A stretch of 64,000 nt of DNA from the human T2T-CHM13v2.0 reference genome, Homo sapiens. Position 1 is the stretch's first letter. Each line of letters starts with the position of its first letter. The translations under genes were made by a program, and so were the position numbers. This document shows, in pieces, positions 56,218 to 64,000 of this stretch. A model generated the notes under the pieces. It was given only the letters and a program-made list of their open reading frames with translations. It did not search any database and was not told the origin of the DNA. The stretch lies in NCBI RefSeq assembly GCF_009914755.1, contig NC_060933.1. The stretch is one strand, 5' to 3'.

Positions 56218-57272
56218 ATGCCCCAGGCCCCTCAGCAGGCAAAAGTACACCCATCAATAAAACTAAAAATGAGGAGAAGAAACAGTCTGAAAATCCCAGG
56301 GGGAAAAAAACAGAAGCCTAGAATAAATGAAGAAAACTCTAAGTTATTCTTCCCCATGAAGAAAGTCATCAAAAGACTTCTTTTTCAGTCATAGAAAAGG
56401 GAGGTGTAGAGGACATTGTTTTCATGGCCTGCTGGTATTTTCTTTAGGACATTAAAAAATGTCTATGAAGCCACATAAATAAAACGAGCCTTTTTTTCAC
56501 TATCAAAGGAATAATAACACAAAATTACAGAAGTTGTAATTAGTAACTGAACCCACTTTAAAATAACAATATAATAATTTTTAAAGCAGGATTAGTTTTT
56601 GTCAGTGAGAATGACTAGAAAAATAATTATGGCTTATTTTAAAAATTGTTAAATTCTAGATTATTTTATGGTTTATTTTCCTAGTGGATGTGCATTAACG
56701 TTTGTGCTAAGTTGAACTTGTCATATAAAGAAATCAATTTGTTTTTAAGAACTACTCTGTAATTCAGCCAAGCAATAGGAAGGAGAGAAATGTGAATTGA
56801 TATACAAAAAATATTGCTTTATCCAGATTTTATTATCTAAAAATCTGTACTGAGTCACTTTAGTAATCCAAGTCACAGTTAACAAAAACAGTACAGTTGT
56901 TTAATATAATGCCTACAAAGTTCTAAAAGATATTAAGTGACTCCTGAGTCACCAAAGCAAAATGAGAAAGGTTAGCTGGTGAAAGGTTATGCGTGGGGGG
57001 TGAGGAGTGGGGGCATGAAATATCAGCCTAAGGCATTTAAGCTTTATTCAATGGGCAAAAGGGAGGCATTGGAAGTATTTAAACAAAATAGTGATATTAC
57101 CAAACAAGACTTGTAGGAAAATTAATCTGGTGTTCAAAGGCAGTTTAGATTTTAATATGGAATGATTGAAAATCAGTGAGAAGTCAGAGTGAGGGGGAAA
57201 AGTCAGTACCTTAACTAGGCTTCGTGATCATGAAAGGGGAAGATGAGGGATAGGTAAGATTATGTGGGGATG

Positions 57273-57381
57273 TAGGGGACCAGCCATCCCAGTTTGCCTG
57301 AGACTGAGAAGCCAGGGGTGTAGGATGCTCAGTGCTTAAGCCAGGACAGTCCTAAGCAAATCAGGATGGTTGGTAACCCTA
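57273..57381. mobile_element. MER81-like hAT-Blackjack MITE
   Basis: TIRs taggggaccagccatccc...ggatggttggtaacccta, ~110 bp. Confidence 0.8.
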
Positions 57382-57639
57382 GTTGGATGCTAGGGGAAAA
57401 GAAAGAAGAAGCATTTTTTGATTACAGGGAGTCAGGACTGGGACAACCATTTGAAACTAATAGCTGACTTTTCAGGTTTAGGGCAGCAAATTGCTGTCCC
57501 AAGATTCCCTACCTGTGTGCTCAATTCAAGCTCCCAGTGGAAACAGTTTTCAACATTTTTGTGTGACTGAAAATGGTTGGTCATCTTGGTGGAACTGACA
57601 GAGAAGAGCTGTAGGAAAGGCAGATGGCCTGACTAATGA

Positions 57640-58070
57640 ATGTGTCTATTAATTCTTACTCCAAACTATGCTTCCAACTTTGTCTCCTACCACTTCCCTG
57701 CAAAATAGATACATTAGCCTTCCTGGATTACTCATTTTCCTCAATCGCTATCCCATCTGTATGTCTCTTTGCCCTTGCACACACTGCTCCTTCCATCAGA
57801 AATCTTACAAACCATTCACAGAGCCAAATTCTTCCTGTCCTTCCAACTCAACCCAAACACTACCACACTGATGATACTTTCACGTCCCATGTACTACAAA
57901 TGGTTTGTATATTTTGTACATTCTCCAATTACAGCTTCTAACATATTGTATAAAAGTATCAATTATATTTTTTTCTCTGTGCTTCTTCAGGGCAGGCATT
58001 CTCATTTTAAATTCATCTTTTCATTTTCAGTGACTAGACAATTTTTGATTAAATACTTAAATGAAAATTA
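57640..58070 (+). mobile_element. L2 fragment
   Basis: ccttgcacacactgctccttccatcagaaat... is L2-like. Confidence 0.5.
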
Positions 58071-58889
58071 ATTGTAGTTTTTTATTATGAAATTACATTA
58101 ATCTAGTCTCCTTAGGAGAAACAATCTGAGCTTATAAAAAGCCTAAATTAATAAATATTTTCAAAGTAATGTTTTTAGGAAAACACTTCTCAGTATTCAC
58201 AGTAATGAAACTAAGGCTCATAATTAATTAAAGAATGAGTACTCTAATATATCTGTTTTAATTAATAGAGTCATTAGATATAAGCACATCTGTTTCGTGT
58301 TAATAGATATTGCCAAAACGGGTTTAACATTTTGTGGAAATAGTTTATTTCATGTAAACTAATCATTTTCTTGGCTTTCAATTTATTATATATTTTATTG
58401 CATGAACAATATATCTTTTCCAGAGATGGTGCAAGAATAACTAGTGTACGCTTGAATAAGTCTGAATATTGAACCCACATAGTCCATTTGAATAAGTGTA
58501 CTCTACCTGTCTCTATTTGTCATGACAGGTAAATACGCATGCCATTTTTCAGAACTAACTGCTACTTTTAAAAGCATTTCCCTTTCGAGTGCCTGTCTCT
58601 TTAGCATTGTTCTATTTCAAAACTCAGAACTGCCTTGTCCTTTTCTTTCCTCTTTCTCCTTCCTTCTATTCCTCATCTCATTCAGTTTCTTCTGCAATAT
58701 GACTAAACTCTAGCAACACCCTCTTTTTGATTCTTTTATTCTCGTGACCTGAGCTGCTTTCATTCTTGCCTTTACCCCCTATACTCTGAAATAATGGTGA
58801 TACTTTGAGTGTGCTACAAATATCCACTTTCCTCTGAACCCATCATGAGTATACTTTCCCATTTCACTTGAGCTTATCACTCACTTTAG

Positions 58890-59210
58890 AGTGAAGAATT
58901 AGCAGATGTGCTTGCATGGTTTGGCAGGCTTCTTGTGCCTGCCGATTCACACAAGAAGAGTTCATCCCAGGTAGATGCCGGTCCTTCCAACAGGGCACCA
59001 AATCAAAGACACATTGAACAGACTCAATGTACAGCCTGGAGCTGAGCCCAACTTACTTTGCCATCTAAAGCAGATGAGCCTACTCTAAATCAGATATACT
59101 GATGGACCTGCAGACCTCAGAACATGACAATAAATTCCCATTGTTGCCAATCACTGCATTTTGAGGTGGTTTGTTACATAGCATTATTGTGTAAAGAGCT
59201 GACTGATACA
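58890..59210 (+). mobile_element. MaLR LTR (MLT1I/H-like)
   Basis: gaggtggtttgttacatagcattattgtg...gctgactgataca 3' end. Confidence 0.75.
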
Positions 59211-59329
59211 AAGTTCTTTCTAACACCACAGGTTTCTGACTCTAAAGTATTTTAAAAAAATTCTTATATTTATATTTCTCTCACATGACAAGACATGCAG
59301 ATGTAATTAAAGGCTATAAAAGAGCTGAT

Positions 59330-59520
59330 TGTGGTTATGATTGAGCACCTAATATATGCCAGGGATTATTTATATGTATTATTTTTAATCCATTCTTTTA
59401 CTGGTAAGAAAATTGATTCAGAAAGTTTAGATAACTTTCTCAAGGTCATGTTACATGTTAGTGGCAAGTACTCAAACTAGGTCTGCCTGAATCCAGAATG
59501 TTGGATCTTCTTCCCTCTCA
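59330..59520 (-). mobile_element. MIR
   Basis: ttgagcacctaatatatgccagg...taactttctcaaggtca. Confidence 0.65.
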
Positions 59521-60114
59521 CACTGTATATTATCATTATGCTCTAAATTAAAGTGACAGTCATCATAATAATTATTTCAGTCCCTAGAATTAATGTTGTT
59601 TTCAGATAGTTTCTGCTTATGATTGATATTTGATGGATAGCAAATGGTTAAAACTACCTTAATATAAAAGGATGAAAAGATTTAAAACATTTTAATTATG
59701 CACATAGCATATTAGACATTTTTAAATTTAAAATTTCAAGATATTATGAAAGTTGTCAGAACAGGTTTGGAAGATGATTTTTATTTGTGATATCACAAAG
59801 GTGCAGCGTGTTTAAAAATAAAGTAAACTTGTTGTTCTGGGCCTTTCCCATAACATGTCCAGTGATGGACAATTGTATTTGTGCACAGAACAACTTAGAT
59901 TTGAGAAAGACTAAATAACTGTTATTTTATCATTATAAAGAAAAAATATGTCTGAAAAATATGACATACAAATGCTCCAAACAGCAACTTAGTGAAATTA
60001 TAGTTGAAAGATATCAATTTGAAGTCATTTACTCTTTAATTTCTTTTAGTTCTTTTCACCATCCAAACAAAAACTTGTTTTGGGTGTTTGATTTTGTTTT
60101 GTTTTTCATTCAGG

Positions 60115-60344
60115 CATGTTTGATAAATATCGTGGCTTTATTATTACAGAGAGTATCTGTAGAAAAACAGAAGACAGTAATTTTTCTAATTCAAACAGCA
60201 GGCTATTGTCTGTCATGATCGGCCACAAAGTAGTTGTATACCAAAATATCACAAATACAATGACTCCAAGCAACAATCTGAAGAAAGGCTTAACAAGAAT
60301 AAGTATAGCAATATTGTGATGGTCTTGCTTCAGCCCGTCTTGAT
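60115..60344 (-). other. Candidate terminal exon of a minus-strand transcript whose earlier exons lie to the right
   Basis: Branch-like GCTGAC ~26 nt upstream of atcttccttttggcag|ATC. AATAAA at 60137-60142. Confidence 0.45.
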
Positions 60345-60594
60345 CTGCCAAAAGGAAGATCTTAAACCGTCAGCATAACTAATATTCCACAAATTTGTTC
60401 ACATGTGGCATGTCAAAACTTTAGGTAATTAAGATGTCAGAATTTAGATAGTTTGGATGAAATTTGAGATAAAAGTAAAAAATCAAAGTTAGCGGTGTAG
60501 TTATGAATTAGGCTTGATGTTGAAAGCAACTCAAATTTGCTGCGAGCTTAGGGAATGCTAGGGCATACACATGAAAAATGAGCTTACTACTAGG

Positions 60595-60945
60595 CAATTG
60601 CTTGCCATGGTAACAAGCCCCAAATTTTTAGTATCTTAACTCGGTAAGAGTTTGTTTCTCCATTACAGTTCAGTGTAAGTGATTGTAGTGGTAAGGGACT
60701 TGTGCTACTGTCTCTACATCCCTCAGTGGAGTCCTCAGAAAAAGAGCATGAAGCAAACACACTCCCTTCTTTACCACTCTTACCCTGAAGCGGCATCATC
60801 ATTTCCACTCACATTCTATCATGAGAAATAGTCACGTGTCCTTACCAAGTTGCAAAGGAAGATGAGAAATGTAGTCCCCAGCAGGTAGCCACATGCCAGT
60901 GATAAAACTGTATTATGAAAAAGCAACACAAAATTTGGTAGAGAG
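60595..60945 (-). mobile_element. MaLR LTR (MLT1K/J-like)
   Basis: catcatttccactcacattctatc...aatagtcacgtg...gagaaatgtagtcc. Confidence 0.65.
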
Positions 60946-61933
60946 TTTGCTATATTTCTTCAGAAAATAGTTACTAAATTTCATGATGTGTATTCCATTA
61001 CAGTAGGCACTATGAAGTTATAAATATATTTTCCCCTCAAGTAGCTTATAAAATAAACGGGGAAACAAAAGAGATTAATGGCATATGCTTATAAGCATTT
61101 ATAGAGCCAGTTCTCGTTACTCAGAGGATCATTGTGGATTTATACAGCCAGGTTAACTTAGAGGACCATTTTGGATTTATAGATTTGTTGTTTTGTCTCT
61201 TTTCCTTTCAACCACATTTTTAAAAACATTCTCTTCTGCTTGAAAAGTATACGATGTTCACACACACACAGACACACACAAAAAATCATGCAGTCAGGAA
61301 AACTGTAAAATTCAAATCAATCACTTGTTATTTGTCCTCAGTCCTCATAAAACACTTGGTTGAGAAAAACAGATATTGATTTATTGGAACCTCTCAAATA
61401 GTCATGTTCGCGCTGCCCTTACCACAACAAATATTCAAGGTTTGATGGAGTAATAGGAGACACTTTCATAGGCATAGCAGTGAAGGGAAAACATGTTTGA
61501 GATACAGACAAGAGTTAGCACAAGTCATAATAGCACCTATCATTGATTGTGTATCCATTAGAGTCAAGGCGCTGTATTTGTGCTAAACCATATGTATATG
61601 TGTTTCATTCTAATGCAGCTTATAAAGTAGATTTTATTATTTGCATTTTGGGCAAGCATTAGAAAGAAGAAATAACATGACTAATTGTATTTTCAACTAA
61701 GTGTTTATGTGTTATTAATTGAAGAAAAGAATATCCCTTTTAGATTATCATCAGGCATTTAGATCAAGATTTTTTGATGTCCTATTTGTTTGCTTGTTTT
61801 ATAAATGTTTTATTGGTACTGTACGGAAAGGAATGTATGAGTACTGTCTTAATTATGAAAGATTATGGAATCTAAGAAAATTGTAAAGAACATATGCAAA
61901 GGAGGAAGACAAAGACTTTTGCTCAAGAATTAG

Positions 61934-62250
61934 AGCCAGGTGCAATGGCTCACACCTGTAATCTAAGTGTTTCAGGAGACTGAGGTGGGAAGATCCCTTG
62001 AGCCCAGGAGTTGGAAACTAGCCTGAGAGACATCGGGAGCTTCGTCTATACAAATAACAATGATAATAATAAGAAATTAGTGGGGTATGGTGGTGCACAC
62101 CTGTGGTCTCATTTACTCAGGAGGCTGAGGAATGAGTACCGCCATGAGCCCAGGAGGTCAAGGCTTCAGTGAGCCATGATTGGGCCATTGCACTCCAGTC
62201 GGGCAACAGAGTGAGACACTGTATCAAAAAAATAAAAAAAAAAAAATAGA
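61934..62250 (+). mobile_element. AluJ
   Basis: Diverged Alu with ttgagcccaggagtt and gaggtcaaggct. Confidence 0.9.
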
Positions 62251-62839
62251 AAAAGCATTTTTTAAATGTTCCTATGAAGGTTAACATATTAGCTTAAAAG
62301 CATTGCGTCATATTATAGCAGACCTTTTCCTGAAAGCAGGTTTCGGTATTATGGAAAGGGCCATGTAGAGGAAGAAAATAAATTGTAGAGGTAAGCTTCA
62401 GATCACAGAGAACATGCTTAGCCTACTTCATAATTTGTCCAGGGTCAACCATGAGCACAGAAACAACAAAATTAAAGTGGCTAGATCACATATATTATTA
62501 ACTCAAATATATAGGAAATGCAAATAGCACTCAAAGACAAATACGTAACTTGGGTGAGAAGTAAATTATATAGATCGACATTTTGGAAGTTTAGTTTGGG
62601 TGAGGTCCAGGAACCATTGATTTTATCTGGCAAAACCAGGGAGTAGTTTCTGGACTAAGTGACAGGGAAACTTTCCAGGTTAGGATTAAAAGGAACTTCT
62701 GAGTTTTCTTGCTGCATAAAATGGTTGTCCAAATAAAACGGAAGTTCATTCATCTATATACCAAACATTTATAAAGTTCCAATCTCTTCCAGGCACCTCC
62801 TTAAGCACAAGCACAGGGATAGCAAATACTTAGTCTTAG

Positions 62840-63006
62840 AGCTATTCTTTCTTCCTATGCCCATGGCAGACATTGCTAATCAAACACGGTTATCTTTTCC
62901 ACTTGTGTCAGACAGTCTCAGATTGCTTTTCAATACATCACTGCAGGCATTTACTAACAATCTAGTTGCAGTTGACACAGAGATGAAACTTATTTGCTAC
63001 TCCAGC
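62840..63006. mobile_element. hAT-Charlie remnant (MER113-like) within an L2 fragment
   Basis: gcccatggcagacattgctaatcaa...gagatgaaacttatttgc. Confidence 0.45.
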
Positions 63007-63315
63007 ATCAGGCAAACAAAAATGGCATAGACATGATCTTATCGCTCAACAAGCACATATTTTAGTATTAAAGGAGGAAGAGATTAGGACAGCTTTGGAG
63101 ATAGTTGGCTCAATAGCTGTAGCTCAAAACTGCAGAATCAAGTGTACTTTGAAAACACTGAAACCAAAGGAAAAAGAAACTATGAGAACGCTAAGTTTCA
63201 TATGAATATTTCCACCTGTGCACCCAAAATTGAACTATAGACCTATTAGTTATGGCTAAAGTTTTCTTTAAATCTAACAAAAGCAACTAAAAATTGTAAT
63301 TGTAACTAAACTAAA

Positions 63316-63608
<293 letters not shown>

Positions 63609-64000
63609 AACTACACAAAATATTAAATAGTGGCTGTTTTAGTTTAGAGATTATTAAGGAGCTAGCACTCTAACATATAAGTGTACTGTTGTTCTCAGCT
63701 GAAATGTAAAGGTTAATGAAACAGGTCTTGTTGGTAGAGGATTTGGGGTCAGTTACTTTGGATCAAAGGAGGAAAAATTTTTTTTTTTTTTTTTTGGAGT
63801 ATGAAAAGAAAACCTTTAATAATTTCTAAACCTTCACTATTGACATCGGAGAGCAAAATATTTCTAAGGCAACCAGCAATAGGGAATATAAAAACCAAAA
63901 ATCATGAAGGTGGATTTTAAAAATAATATCTTATCAACAGATAATTATTTTTCTTCTGTTCTCTTTTCTTTCCAAAATAAAATCTCTGTGAAAACCCAAC

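Overview
This is AT-rich, CpG-poor primate (very probably human) genomic DNA, judged from its AluY/S/J, L1PA/PB/M, ERV1/ERVL/MaLR solo LTRs, MER DNA transposons and MIR/L2/CR1. Interspersed repeats dominate the window. I recognise no established protein-coding gene. The long ORFs in the track are explained by Alu, L1 or LTR sequence or by a minisatellite. The non-repeat sequence has several strong splice and poly(A) signal sets on the minus strand. The most coherent is a compact transcription unit: a MEF2/TATA element at 56202-56217, exon 1 at ~56185-56129, a 48-nt exon with a strong-Kozak ATG at 53797-53750, and a terminal exon at 53463-~53270. It is a candidate muscle-type lncRNA or micropeptide gene. 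A separate terminal exon at 60344-~60115 has one frame encoding a hydrophobic segment. Other notable structures are a probable L1 3' transduction inside a HAL1 element (30031-31338), a 1-kb minisatellite born inside an L1PB 3' end with a CpG-gaining homogeneous block, a divergent CTCF/YY1-like motif cluster (43256-44313), and several templated-insertion or hairpin scars. Repeat subfamily names come from memory of consensus sequences and are approximate. All gene models are predictions.
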